DNA from: Nemertoderma westbladi
Lineage: Eukaryota > Animalia > Xenacoelomorpha
Length of the DNA stretch: 61,548 nt
Assembly: GCA_032718475.1 (NCBI GenBank)
Contig: JAUCBJ010003461.1
Coordinates: forward strand, 1-61,548
Direction: 5' to 3'
The notes beneath the pieces are model-generated. The model had not been told where the DNA came from. It saw nothing but the letters and a program-made list of their open reading frames with translations, and searched no databases. Below, in pieces: positions 26,318 to 39,755 of the stretch (its first letter is position 1; each line of letters starts with the position of its first letter). A program made the position numbers and the translations under genes.

Positions 26318-27283
26318 ATGATTTCGGAGTCTGCATCCACTGATAATAACGGAGTTATCTATAATGATACTCACTCAGAATGTTCGGATTTCTTCAATGG
26401 TCATGGACTGAAACTCAACATCTCTGATGACGGTGAACCAATCTGTCAAGCTATTAGAAAGACCGATGGTAAACTTAAACTGGTGCAAGACGTGTCCAAG
26501 ATGCGGAAACTCGAGACCCTACAGCTAAGCGATTGTCTCGTGGAGAACGACGATGAAGAACGTCTACCTGACGCGTTCTATGATAGAGGAATGCATCCTC
26601 AACTGGGGGAGGTGAATCTCAGTGACGGGGAGAAACATACGTGCCCTGGATCTAAATTGGTTACAGCGTCGTTAGGGTGGAGTGATTTGGAGCGGGTCGA
26701 CTTGAACGCAAACAACTTCGGTGTGTCTGGATCAGACGACATACAGAGGGCATTACAATCAGTCCAGCGGGTTGAAAGCCTAGTGGGACTCAACGATAAG
26801 AAAGACTCTGAGCTATACACAAAAGCCCACTATACGCCCATTGTAAGTGAATTCTCGGCGTCGCCCACAAGCGATGTCCTTAACCACTTGAATATTCTAG
26901 CAGAGGACCTCAATGATAGATTGGAAGAAGTGGACACAGTGGTTGAGAGGCTCCTAGTCCTCGCTGCGCTCATTGAGGACTCCTCCGTTGAGGTCTTTGA
27001 CTCTATCGACACACTCATCTCCCGTTTCTCTTATCCGAAAGAGGCCGTCATCTACCTCCTCTCCCGTATGGGCCTTCTAAAGTCGGAAGATGGACTGATT
27101 AAACCGCTCCCTGTCTCGAGTCTCAGAGCTCCACTCCTACTCATCTGCCACATTGCTCGACATCGACTCCTTCCACTCGCTCCCCTGGTTTACTTAAAGG
27201 TCTTCCTAGGCCGACATCATACATGTCTCGAAGGCTACAAGAATGAGCAGACTCGGGCTCTTGATCTACTAAATTCTTTGTAG
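26318..27283 (+). CDS. RANGAP1: Intronless N-truncated RanGAP1-like protein: last 2-3 LRRs plus the C-terminal SUMO-acceptor domain
   Basis: LETLQLSDCLV, LGEVNLS and LERVDLNANNFGVSG resemble the final RanGAP LRRs. LLSRMGLLKSED matches the MGLLKSED SUMO site of animal RanGAP1. The 321-codon frame is open, and the acidic tract and N-terminal LRRs are missing. Confidence 0.85.
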   Translation: MISESASTDNNGVIYNDTHSECSDFFNGHGLKLNISDDGEPICQAIRKTDGKLKLVQDVSKMRKLETLQLSDCLVENDDEERLPDAFYDRGMHPQLGEVNLSDGEKHTCPGSKLVTASLGWSDLERVDLNANNFGVSGSDDIQRALQSVQRVESLVGLNDKKDSELYTKAHYTPIVSEFSASPTSDVLNHLNILAEDLNDRLEEVDTVVERLLVLAALIEDSSVEVFDSIDTLISRFSYPKEAVIYLLSRMGLLKSEDGLIKPLPVSSLRAPLLLICHIARHRLLPLAPLVYLKVFLGRHHTCLEGYKNEQTRALDLLNSL

Positions 27284-27698
27284 ATTTTATTAGTTGGTGA
27301 CGCTGTTGGCCTTAGTGCTGTATGCACTGTTCATTCATTGTACACTATATGTACTATATTGTACACTTTATTGTAACTGGATGGAATCCAATCCCGGCCA
27401 TTTTTAAATTATCAATTGTTGGGGGGGGGGGGGGGGGGGATTTTAGGACAACAAGAGGGGGGGGGGGGGGGGGGGATGTAACGACAGACATCTTATAACT
27501 TGAGACCCAATCAACCAGGAGAAAACATATGTATCATTACATATGTACAATACATACGTATTATTATATAGGAATGTTATTGTTCAGTCCAAAAACAGAA
27601 ACCCGGCAAAGCAATAAACTCATAATAACGAACTAAAATAAATTATAACGATAATAAAATTTATTAATGCCATTAAAAAAAAGGTATTTGTGAATCAG

Positions 27699-27745
27699 CG
27701 GCGCTCCAAAAAATTTGATTAAAATTTAAATTTTTTGGAGCGCCG
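27699..27745. other. Isolated perfect hairpin, 18-bp stem and 11-nt loop
   Basis: cggcgctccaaaaaattt - gattaaaattt - aaattttttggagcgccg. Confidence 0.9.
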
Positions 27746-30168
27746 AACAGTTATATTTCAGATGATGCTCTTTACCCCTTTGTGAAATTGAAATTGCTAA
27801 CCAATTTATCGGTAGGTGTTTCAATTTGCTATCTCCATCAATAAGGTTCTATCTCTGCTACATACAATTATACAAACTGGCGAACCAACTTAATATAACT
27901 TAAATAGAAAAAAATACAATAAATTTAAATTTACTAAATTTTGTATTAGGGTGCACAATATCGACGCACGCGCTGGAATGTGTTAATGTTTAATAGCACC
28001 GCATTACCGCATTAGAAAGAATCCCCAATTGGAATAAATAAATAAATTAAACGCGTTTTGTTATGTTCCTCGACTTATATTATTCTCTCCACGTACGAGT
28101 AATTAGCTGCTAGACAGGTAGACATAGTCCCTCACAACAACGATCATACCTTATCAAAATAGCGCTTGTACTGGAGCGGTATTTCTTGTTCTCTAACCCA
28201 CTGCTAGCGCATTGGAGGGGGTGATGTTATGCAGTGCAGTATTGCAATGCAGTTGTGAATTGTGCAGTAATACAATGCAGTATTACAGCCCAAATGAGAT
28301 TTAATATGTTCAGAATATTGTGGACAATAAATTCATATCATTCTCGATAAGTCGGGACTTTACAAAACTCGTGGATAAAACCGCGTGTAGCAAAGAGCAG
28401 ATAAATTGGATTGAATAGGAAAAACAGAATTATAATGAACTGTAAGTGGAACTGCGGCGATTTGGGGGTTTTTATGCTTAATAGCCAGCCTGTCCGCGTT
28501 AAGTTTGGGTGCCCTTTTTATGGGTTGTAGATCCAAATGAAATACACATTGCAGTTAATCCAGGGGGGGGGGGGGGGGGGTGGAGGAGGGTACGAGGCAC
28601 AAAAATAAATAAAGTTTTTTTCTATTAATTCTATTATTAATATTTTTTAATTTTATATTTATTATTATTATTATTATGTTTATTTAATATTTTTTAATTT
28701 TTATTAATATTAATAATTATTTAATGTGAAATAATATCGTATTTTACAAGATGCAAGTAAAAGGAAAGTGTCACAGACTTGGTACATTCTTTTCAATTAT
28801 AATCACACCCTTTCTTGGCCCTTTATCGACAAACCACTTCCACGATCTACAAATACAAAACATCATATTAGATGATATCGTATGTTTGTTATTAAAATAT
28901 TTTTTAATACAGTACTAATTAATTATAATTAATTAATTAATTCACTACAATTAATTATTGTTCATGATGGTTAACAGATAATGCTAACGGAATCATAATG
29001 CTTTAATGATGGAATAAAAAATGCCATCACATGCAGTTCCCAAAGTGTAATACAAGCAATATGAAAACAATAAGAGCATCCTTTTCAACAGTTTGTACGT
29101 CATGCTTTTAAAATTCGAAAAATATTAGTACATAAATTTCGTGGTAATCCATAAGTCAATCATAAAAACCTAATTAACAAATCAAGTAAGGTTATAGACA
29201 TACGATAATAATTGCACTTGCTGACACAAGAAACAAAATTTACAAAATATCTGGCGGATGACAAACTTCTTCAGTACTGTATAACATTCAAGACACAAAA
29301 CAATACAAGGACCAAAAAAAAAATAAAAATAGATCAATAATAAGAGTCAGACCGACATAAAGGTAGTAAATATTAAAATAACATTAGAGGTGGTATAATA
29401 TACTAAAATAGCAAAATATAAGCCTATAAAATACCATCTATTTCCATCTTTGAGTGCCAAGAAAACAACTTTTTAGCGTTATGACCAAAATGTATTTATG
29501 AACCATGCGAGGGTAGCCAGTAAAATTTACATAAATAAAGAGAGTCTTTAATGCTATACAGTGGCGCCCTTTACATTATGTCTACATATTATTGGTGTTC
29601 TAAATGCCTAATTATAAGCTTTACTATTGTAATGTTTAGGAATATTTATAAAATTCATATCGTTGTTATGAAATTTATTGCATTACTGTAACAATTGTAC
29701 GACAAATAATCTCACATTTAGCTTTCAATACCTATCACATAATCGAGAATACTAAAAATATTATTGTTCCCAATTTATATGTGATTACTTAGCTCCGTTA
29801 GAAGGATATCATCAAGGACGTTGATAAATTGACATAATTTAACAAAATTGTCATCTACTAGTAGACACCCAAACAAATTATTATAACTACTGTACCTATA
29901 AATTGTAGTATCATTGATGAATGCCATTGGCATTATAAAACATCTACAGTAATTTAATTGTCCATCATCATTGGCCTCGCCAATTTGCCATCACTACAAC
30001 AAAAAAACGACTAGAGAGAATTTAAATCACCTTAAACTTCCTAAAAATTATTACTTTCTATAAATGACAAGCCATAACAGTTGTCAAGCTGCAACAGTCA
30101 CTGCTAATATTCATCGTATATAATGTGCATGTTAATAGAGCAGTATTATTACTGCAGGATCTACGAAA

Positions 30169-31583
30169 TCATTTTTTACGACGATGTTGTTGTACTGGAG
30201 GAACTTGGGCTCTATGTTGACCAGAATTTTCACCGGATGATGCATCCGGTTTATTAATATTGGCCTGTTGTTTGCCTTCTCCGCCAGGTGGGTAACGATC
30301 ACCCTGTTGGAAAACCGCGCCGGCACCAGGTTGGAGAGCAGCGTCCTGTTGCAGACCAGCTGCGGGTACGGGAGAAGCTCCCCGTTGCAGACCAGCACCA
30401 GGTACGGGAGCAGCACCCTGTTGCAGACCAGCACCGGGTAGGGGAGCAGCGCCCAGTTGCAGACCAGCATCAGGAAGGGGAGCAGCACCCTGTTGCAGAC
30501 CAGCACCGCGTAGGGAAGGAGCACCCTGTTGCAGACCAGCACCGGCTAGGGGAGCAGCGCGCTGTTGCAGACCAGCACCGGGTAGAAGAGCAGCGCCCCG
30601 ATGCAGACCAGCACCGGGTACGAGAGGAGCGCCCTGTTGCAGACCACCACCGGGAAGGGGAGCACCGCCCTCTTGCAGAATAGCACCGGGTAGAGGAGGA
30701 GCACCCTGTTGTTGACCAGCACCGGGTAAGGGAGCAGCGTCCTGTTGCAAACCAACACCGGGTAGGGGAGCAGCATCCTGACGCAGACCAGCATCGCGTA
30801 GGGGAGGAGCGCCCTGTTGCAGACAACCACCAGGTAGGGGAGCAGCGCCCTCTTGCAGACCAGCATCGGGTAGGAGAAGAGCACCCTGTTGCAAAGCAGC
30901 AACAGGTACGGGAGCAGCACCCTGTTGCACACCAGCACCGGGTAGGTGAGCAACGCCCAGTTGCAGACCAGCATCAGGAAGGGGAGCAGCACCCTGTTGC
31001 AGACCAGCACCGCGTAGGGGAGGATCTCCCTGTTGCAGACCAGCACCGGCTAGGGGAGCAGCGCCCTGTTGCAGACCAGCACCGGGTAGAAGAGCAGCGC
31101 CCCGATGCAGACCAGCACCGGGTACAAGAGGCGCGCCCGGTTGCAGACCACGACCGGGAAGGGGAGCACCACCCTCTTGCAGAACAGCACCAGGTAGGGG
31201 AGGAGCAACCTGTTGTAGACCAGCACCGGGTAAGGGAGCAGCGTCCTGTTGCAGACCAACACCAGGTAGGGGAGCAGCGTCCTGACGCCGACCAGCATCG
31301 CGTAGGGGAGGAGCTCCCTGTTGCAGACCACCACCAGGTTGGGGAGCAGCGCCCTCTTGCAGACCAGCATCGGGTAGGAGAGGAGCTGCCTGTTGCAGAC
31401 CAGCACCGCGTAGGGGAGGAGCGTCCTGTTGCAGACCAGCACCGGCTAGGGGAGCAGCGTCCTGTTGCAAACCAGCACCGGGTAAGGGAGCAGCTCCCTG
31501 ATGTTGACCAGCACCAGGTAGGGGAGCAGCGCCATGTTGCAGACCACCACCGGGTAGGGGAGCACCTGGATTCCTTTGATGAC
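30169..31583 (-). CDS. Last exon of the spliced OB-fold-like gene: about 35 x 12-aa repeats (GAAPLPGAGLQQ; 36-bp unit) ending in RRKK
   Basis: Acceptor ttatag|GT at 31584/31583; its phase 1 matches the upstream donor. The frame stays open through all repeats. Confidence 0.7.
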
Positions 31584-31939
31584 CTATAACAAAATACATT
31601 ATACAATCATATAAACTTTATATAAATGCTACTACTACAGTACTACTAGATGTTATGTATATATCTCTAGGTCTATAAATGTCAATTTAATTAACATTAA
31701 ATTTATTGGACAGTACGAATTACAGTGAATAAAACACACAAACAATAATAATATTACCTACTAAGGAACAAAACACACTAATACAATACCTAATAAATAG
31801 AATATAAGAACAGTAAACGAAAATAATACACACTGTTTAACACGATTAATGTAAAACACAACCTATTTGAAACTACAATAATAAGTTCGCACTTTTGCCT
31901 ATATTATTGAATGTTATAAATATTTTAATGTTTTCTTAC

Positions 31940-32135
31940 CTCTAAGTTTTATAAACACATAAGCTGTGTTTTGTGGCCGTATGGCCGATATGTGTAGTGT
32001 GGTTATCTCGGCTACCTCGTTCGCATTTACAACTGCTTTGGTCCAGCCAAATACCCTCCAACCACCATTGTAATCCTCCATGCACTCTTCAAGATGACCT
32101 CTTAAATTTTCGTCGGTTATCGTTTGGAACTTTGA
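31940..32135 (-). CDS. Exon 4 of the spliced gene (SKFQTITDENLRGHLEECMEDYNGGWRVFGWTKAVVNANEVAEITTLHISAIRPQNTAYVFIKLR)
   Basis: attag|TCA acceptor and G|gtaag donor. 196 nt = 65 codons + 1, no stop. Absent from the ORF track. Confidence 0.75.
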
Positions 32136-32167
32136 CTAATTTTTGAAATAAAAATAATTATTAATGT

Positions 32168-32900
32168 AGGGCAAGCCACGAAGTGAGTAAGCCTTAGCGT
32201 AGTGGTACCATTAATAAACCTGTCGTTCTGTCTCGTTTTTTTTCAGTTTTTTATTTTAAAAGTTTATAACTCGGCCAATCCTTCTTGAAATATATTGAAA
32301 CTTGGTACACATGTTGTTTGGCAAAAGTTTGAAAATTTTCCAAGTGGATAGGGAAGAGTGGGGCCTTCGTGCAGCATCAGTGTTATTGCAGTTATAATAA
32401 ATTTATTTGTCCAAATTTAAAACGCGTTAAATTATTATTACTGTATAATATAAGAAATTTTGCAATTCTGCATGTACCATGTGTACCGGTACTCTCAGGC
32501 TGTACTCATTCCCTGAATAGAGAATCCTGCAATCAGTCAATACTGCAATACTGGTCAGACGGTACCATACACTGCAGACATACCGTTATTCGTGTTATCA
32601 GTATTTGCAACATCTGATATTGAAGAGGTGAGAGAAGATGAATAGCGGCACTAAACAAAAGCAAAGCTTAAGTTCGTGCTGCCCTTCCGTGGGTGGTAGA
32701 TGTCGCGGTTATGTATTGGTGGGTGGGGGGACGGGGGGGGGGGTGCAGATTAAAAGGGGTTAACACGTATTGTCCCCCTTTCTTTGATTAATTGGTGGTT
32801 TGGGTTAATCTCTCATAACCTGATTTTGTGATACAGTCGCACAATTTTAATTTGTATCTCATAACGGGGGCTCGTGCTGCGCGAAGGCTCCACGAACGTG
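32168..32900 (+). mobile_element. HINE/Helentron-associated-like element inside intron 3
   Basis: 5' gggcaagccacgaagtgagtaagcctt, aaacttggtacacatgt, and 3' gctcgtgctgcgcgaaggctccacgaacg. The 3' part is also at 20995-21230. Confidence 0.5.
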
Positions 32901-33398
32901 TAATAACTTGAGTGAGTACTGACTCTTATTTACAGAGTCTTGATATACAGTAATAGATGTAGCAGATGTGTGCCTGATGTGCATCATAATTTTAAGTCAC
33001 CAACGACAAATACAATATTGCCTAAACCTTCCCTCAATACTAAAGTATTGATGGGATTGTAGTTATTAATATAAAGATAATTGTTTAGTTACTAAAATCA
33101 TTATCAAATTCTAATGTACTTAAACACAGACACCCCTATACACTAAAATAGGAATACAAGCTTTATATAATTATAATTTTTTTTAATTATTTAAAATCGC
33201 ATGTAATTAAGTTTATTAGTTTATTATAATGAAAATAATCCTCTAAAATAATGTTATATGTTAGGTTTTTCTTAAGTAAATTATAATATAATTTTTTTTA
33301 ATATCAAAATTAAATTGGTATATTACAAAAACTTTTTATTTATAAACTTTAAACACCGTATAACGGAAAATATTATACTTTCAGTAGGGAATACTTAC

Positions 33399-33621
33399 AA
33401 CCATATCCTCCTCCGCAATAAACAGTTTAGCTGAATCCAACCGACGAAAAGGGGATAGGTATTAACCTATCCCCATCTTTATCGTACAGGTCTAATAAGA
33501 CGTCGCTTTCTATTATCCACTGTTTCTGCCCCATCTTCGATGTTCGGAAACAAGGGCAAGATGTGTAGTCTCCGTATATGCCCTGGCACAATGGCCCACG
33601 GCAATTGTGAACCATTTTTGC
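33399..33621 (-). pseudogene. Exon 3 of the spliced gene (C-x4-C-x9-C-x-C region, FSSVGFS), carrying a 1-nt frameshift
   Basis: tttag|GCA acceptor and GTT|gtaagt donor. 223 nt = 74 codons + 1. Removing the T in AGC-T-AAA gives FSKLFIAEEDMV, in phase with exon 4. Confidence 0.7.
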
Positions 33622-33898
33622 CTAAAGGTAAATAGTTTAATATTCAGATAAATACTAAATATTGCATTGAAATAATTAGCTCGACACATATTCCATTATA
33701 CGTTGCAGACTCATTTCATGTAAAGTGCGGGACATTCGTACGACTTTTTGTGCATACTTTAGTACTGTACATCAAGATAATGAACTAAAATATTATAATG
33801 CTTGTGTTTCTTACAAAAACTATTATTAGTTCTTTATAAAAAAGCAGTATGGAAAACCTTCAGCAGTTTATGTCTCAGAATTATTGCTTCAAAAAATT

Positions 33899-34150
33899 TT
33901 AAAGTGCGGGACGCGTACGAAAGTGTAATTCCAAACTGTCAAATTCTTTGCTAAAGTTGGTAAATTCAGCCAACGAAAAGGGATAGGTATTACCACCATC
34001 CCCATCTTTATCATAAACGTCTAATATGACGTCATATTTAATTATCCATTGCCTCGGCCCCACCTTTGACGTGCGAAAACAAGGGCAGAAAGCATTATCG
34101 CTATAGATTCCCTGGGGTAATGCCCCTTGGCAATTATTAACCATTTTTGC
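33899..34150 (-). CDS. Tandem duplicate of exon 3 ending in a stop (possible alternative terminal exon or relic)
   Basis: Same acceptor context 529 bp away. AKMVNNCQGALPQGIYSDNAFCPCFRTSKVGPRQWII...FSKEFDSLELHFRTRPAL-stop. Confidence 0.45.
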   Translation of the reverse strand, partial: AKMVNNCQGALPQGIYSDNAFCPCFRTSKVGPRQWIIKYDVILDVYDKDGDGGNTYPFSLAEFTNFSKEFDSLELHFRTRPAL

Positions 34151-34339
34151 CTAAAGGTAAATAGTTTAATATTCAAATAAAATAATAAATAATGTATTAC
34201 AATAATTAGCCCGACACATATTCCATTATACGTTGCATAGAAGTATATATTATGAATTAAATAGTATTATTTAAGCCTTTCGGTACCTAACTGGAAAATA
34301 TTCAAACCCCCCAGTGCCCAACTCTAATTCATGAATTTC

Positions 34340-34950
34340 TGAAGGCTATCAGTCTTTCTGTCAGTTTGTCTGTCAAGACTTTAGAAAGAATAAAAGCTAT
34401 TAACGTTCTCGCTATGGAGCTTTTCCTTGTCAAGGATTTCATTTCCGCTGTCAGTTTTAACTTTTGACACTATCCAGAGTGTCTATCGCTCTGTCTGTCA
34501 ATCTGTCGATCAAAAGTATAAGTAATCACATTAGCTAATTTTAATTCTCGCTATGGGGGTTTTGTTGGTCAAGGATTTTACTTCCGTTGTTGGTTTTCAC
34601 TTTTGAGTCTATCCAGATTGTCTGTTGGTCTGTTTGTCGGTTTGTCTGTCGGACTGTCCCTCCGTCTAAACTATAAGGAATCACATTAACTAATTAAAAT
34701 TCACTCTATGGGGGTTTTCATGGTCAAGGATTTCATTTCCGCTGTCATTTTTCACTTTTGACCTAATTCAGACCGTCTGTCGGTCTGTTTGTCAGTCTGT
34801 CTGTCCGTTTAAAATATACGGATTCACATTAGCTAATTAAAATTATCTCTATGGGGGTTTTCCTGGTCAAGGGTTTCATTTGCTCTGTCAGTTTTGACTT
34901 TTGACCCTATCCAGACTGTCTGTCGGTCTGTCTGTCGCTCAGTCTGTTTA
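34340..34950. repeat. About five degenerate ~120-150-bp repeats (ctatgggggttttcctggtcaaggatttcatttcc...ctgtctgtc)
   Basis: ctatgg(g)...tcaagg recurs at ~34412, 34551, 34706 and 34849. Confidence 0.8.
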
Positions 34951-37900
34951 GACATTTTTGTTTACGCTGTTTATTCAGTTAAGGCCTACCTTACTGCATA
35001 CTGCCTTATTCTGTTATTGCAAAAGTCTGGCAGTCTGTAAGCAGTTCTGCAGTTGGCCTACCGTTGTTAAATTACAGTAGATAGAAGCTGAAATGCGTCG
35101 CTAACATATGGAAGCATGTACTTAAGAGTCCAACAACATTTTAACTTCTTAGAAATCAAATAAATTTCATGGAAAAGACGTGTCTGTCATGGCGCAATAC
35201 CAATGGAACAGACGTATGTGCCCAAGTGACCAAACTCTAATTCATGTTTGTATTTGTATTTGCATTTGTGTTTGAATTGAACATTTTTCGACCACAGAAC
35301 TTATAAAGTGCTAAGTCAACGACATTGCATTGATTATAAAATACAGTTTAGTTGAGTTTAAGTCTATTTGGCGTCTGATGTCATCCACAACATATTGGAT
35401 AATGTGTTTGCTTTGAATATTTCGCGATAGCAAAAATTGTCAAGTGCTAACTGGAAGACAATGTTTTATGGTAATACATTCATTGTCTTAAATTCCTTTG
35501 CAATTAAGCATTCAATTTAGCCACCAGTAGCACAATCATGTCGTCTATGTTTCCCAATATTTAATACATACATACATATCCAATATGTTAGCGATCAGCC
35601 AACATATAAAACAAAGCAATATGTATTTGTTAACAATGTAATGTATTCGCGTTAGCACTTTAATATTACATAAAATAATATCCAAAACAAACAAACTAGT
35701 CGCATATAAAATTTACCATATAAATTGCCATATATATTGGCCAAGCGATGTTCTAACCCTATCTGCCCCGGGCTACTTTACAACGTAATTGGGCGGGGAG
35801 GGGAGGGGGGGGGGGGTGGGTCATTGTATGAATTTTTTAGATTTTGTCTTAAAGATTATACAATTTTGATGGTGAACGGGTTTCAAGGTCGTTGATCACG
35901 ATACAACTCGTTAAAAATCATTCGTGGTAACGAAACTACTGTATCATTTTTGGTTCTTGTCTGGTGGACGAAAAATACAAATAGCATAAAATTTCAAACG
36001 GCAAAAATCGAACTTATGGGTAAATAATAGGATATTTTTGAGCATTATATACGTGATCAGCATCCCAATAAACCTAAATGGTCTTAAAATAAATTTAATT
36101 TTGTCGTGTTTTTTCATATCATATTTGTAGCAGTTGTTTTATTCGTGCCCCAGGGGGCACATTCAAAATTACCTAACATTTTCGCGAATATTATATATTA
36201 GTTCTATAATAATGATTAGCATCCAAAAAACCGCTATTTACCGCAAAGAAATAAATTTTAGTGAGCCATAAAAAAGTTTGTAATGAAAAATATGAAAAAT
36301 ACTGGAAGAAAGGCACCAGAAAGGGATCACAGCACGAATACTAACATAGCCATGTAAATTGCGTTTTCGATGTTCGATAGCCCATTGCTGGTTATTCCAA
36401 TCAAAACAATAAATTGAAATAACATTGTCATTGCCATTGTCATTTAACATTGTTATTGACATTGACATTGACATTGACATTGTCATTTAACATTGACATT
36501 GTCATTTAACATTGACATTGACATTGTGAAATATCATACATATAGATATGGCCTTAGCCTTAGCTATGATTCCATTATTGGATTTGTGTTTGATTTTAAT
36601 ATTTTCCGACCGCAGAAATCATAAAGTACTAACTCCAGACATTTTCTTGTTAGTAAAAAAAAAGCATTGCCAGACTTGATGTTGTGTGATTCACAAAACA
36701 TTGGAAAGTTTGTTGGATTTTAATATTTTGTGACCACAGAATTTATAAAGTGCTAGTATTTCATTACAACGAATTCATTGCAATGGCATTTCATTATTAA
36801 TAAAATACCTTATAATTAATAAAATACATTGGTTGAGAGTTCATTTGCCGTCTGAACTTTTCTACAACTTATTGCATAGTGTGTTTGTTTTGAATATTTT
36901 TATTGAAATTATTCAATAATTTAATTATTTAAATTAAAGTTTATGAAATGGATTTACTTGGAACTTTGACAGGGCAGGGGGGGGGGGGGGTGGGGGGGGT
37001 GCAATGAGAAATGGTAAGCAGCATACGGCATTAATGCAGAGATCACTTAGGCCGTAACGATCTCACTACTGTATCGCACACAAGTCCTATTTCTGAATTA
37101 ATATAATTATTTTGTATATAAGTTATCAAAAATGAAAACTATAACCATAATAATATAGGCCTATATGTAGGCCCCCTATAACTATAATAATATTTACAAC
37201 TATACAAATACATATAACAGTTTTTCATGATTCCATTATTGGATTTTGTGTTTGATTTTAATATTTTGCGACTGCAAAGTCCTAACTCCAGACATTTTAT
37301 TTTTAATAAAAAAAGGCCATACCACCCCGCCCTGGAGTTGTATGGCCACCCCAGTTTCTTTTTTAAAAAAATCCCCTCTGGCTCTCTGGGGACCTGAAAT
37401 AGAAAATTAACATACAACCCCGGCCTATGGCCTACCCTATATGATTCATTACACTGTATATACTGATTGACTACCGGTACTGGACTAGGGTGCTGGTAAA
37501 TCAGTCTGTCAGTAGGTAGATCTGTGCAGCAGTACTGCAGTAGATAACATTATTAACAAATTATATGCAGACAGGATTCCCTTTTACACCGGACAGCGTG
37601 GCGATGGCGTTAGTTATTGATGGTTGTCTAATGCCAGTTAATATGCGTGGCTCAGACGAATGGCCAACCGCAGAGATTCTTAGCATTAAATACCTTGAGG
37701 AATCCAACTCGAGATTGTTCTACGTTCACTACTCCGACTACAACAAACAGTTTGACGAGTGAGTTACAGAGGAACGACTCGACATTTATCGGATGACGGT
37801 CCCGGAAAAATCTCGAGACAAACAGAAGCTCGGCGCAGCGTGGGCCTTAGATTTTGCGCTACAGACGCCGACGTTTGAGAGTACCCAGTCCTCGAGGGCG

Positions 37901-38204
37901 TCAACCCCGGACAAGGAGGTTATCGCAGCGTCAAGACGCAGTGAAACCAGCGCGTATCCTAGCAACGCGCCGAGTCGGAAGCGGAAACTCTTCGAGATGG
38001 AGGAGCCTGATGTGGCGGCGTCAACCCCGGGATCTTCGCCACCGCGTGCGTCGCCACCGCCTCGACGCGGCGCGTCGCCACCGCCACCACACGTCCCGCG
38101 ACAGAGCGGATCCATGGCCGCGGACCGTAGCCACGACGATGTGGTCACCCGGATTAAGAACTTCGAGTTTGTCAAAAAAGGGCCGATGGGGGGTTTGTCC
38201 GTAG

Positions 38205-38786
<582 letters not shown>

Positions 38787-38887
38787 TAGAAAAATCGCGC
38801 ACCCCAAGAATCTTAACCGCGCACCCCAAAAATCTCAACCGCGCAAACAAAAAATTCAACCGCGCACCCCCAGACCCCGAAAATAAA

Positions 38888-39755
38888 GGCAGTGATTTTT
38901 TATGTCCTTTTATTTGACTTTTTTTGTCATTTTTTTTTTAAGAATTATGCATAATGACTTTTGTTGTCCTTTTAATGACTTTTATTGTCCTTTTAATGAC
39001 TTTTTATGTATGTATTTTTTAAAACTTTCAGACTGCTGATTTCTGGACTGTCAGACAGTTTATTTCACTATGCCTGTGCCAAAATATTCCATGATTCCAT
39101 GATTTATCGACTATGAGATAGATTTCCATATGCGCCTGTGGTAAAAAGACTCTATATTTAATAGTTTGTGGTTGTTGTCGATAATCGATTACCACATGAC
39201 GTAGCAAAACACTCATTTTATAGCCAAAAACAATTACCAATTGATGGAACAGTGGAAAGGAGCAGGTTAAGGCCGAGTTTTCTAACCAAACCAATAAACA
39301 GTCACTTTACCAAATCAGGGAAAGGAGCAGGTTACAGAGACGGGATTTTCTAACCAAAACAATACACGATCACTTAACTAATTGAGGGAAAGGAGCAGGT
39401 TGCAGAGGCGGGATTTTCTAACCAAAACAATAAACGATCACTTAACTTATTGAGGGAAAGGAGGAGGTTACAGAGGCGGGATTTTCTAACCAAAACAATA
39501 AACGATCATTTAACTAATTGAGGGAAAGAGACAGGTTAAATACAAAAATACAGAAATACCTGCTTTATACCTACATCTGTACATACATAATACAGCAAAA
39601 TAGTGCTATATATACTAATACCGGTAGTGATAGCCTGATAGAACAGCAGTAGAGAAACCGGTAGCATGGAACCTAACATTAGACTTTTGGAGGACATAAA
39701 AAATAAAAAAAAAAGGACAAAAAAAGGATTTAAACGGTCAATAAAAATCATTGCG
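38888..39755 (+). mobile_element. Non-autonomous Mutator-like element, copy 3 (internally deleted), 9-bp TSD
   Basis: TSD gaaaataaa at 38879-38887 and 39756-39764. Same TIRs and 68-bp units as copies 1 and 2. Confidence 0.92.

Noticed and set aside
27699-27745. Rolling-circle origin of circo/geminivirus type
   Set aside because: The loop lacks the NANTATTAC nonanucleotide and no Rep gene is nearby.
30132-31606. Alternative frames (LVCNRVLLPY, RCWSATGRCS, EQHPVADQH) of the 36-bp repeat
   Set aside because: They are interrupted by stops. Only the GAAPLPGAGLQQ frame is continuous and in phase with the upstream exon.
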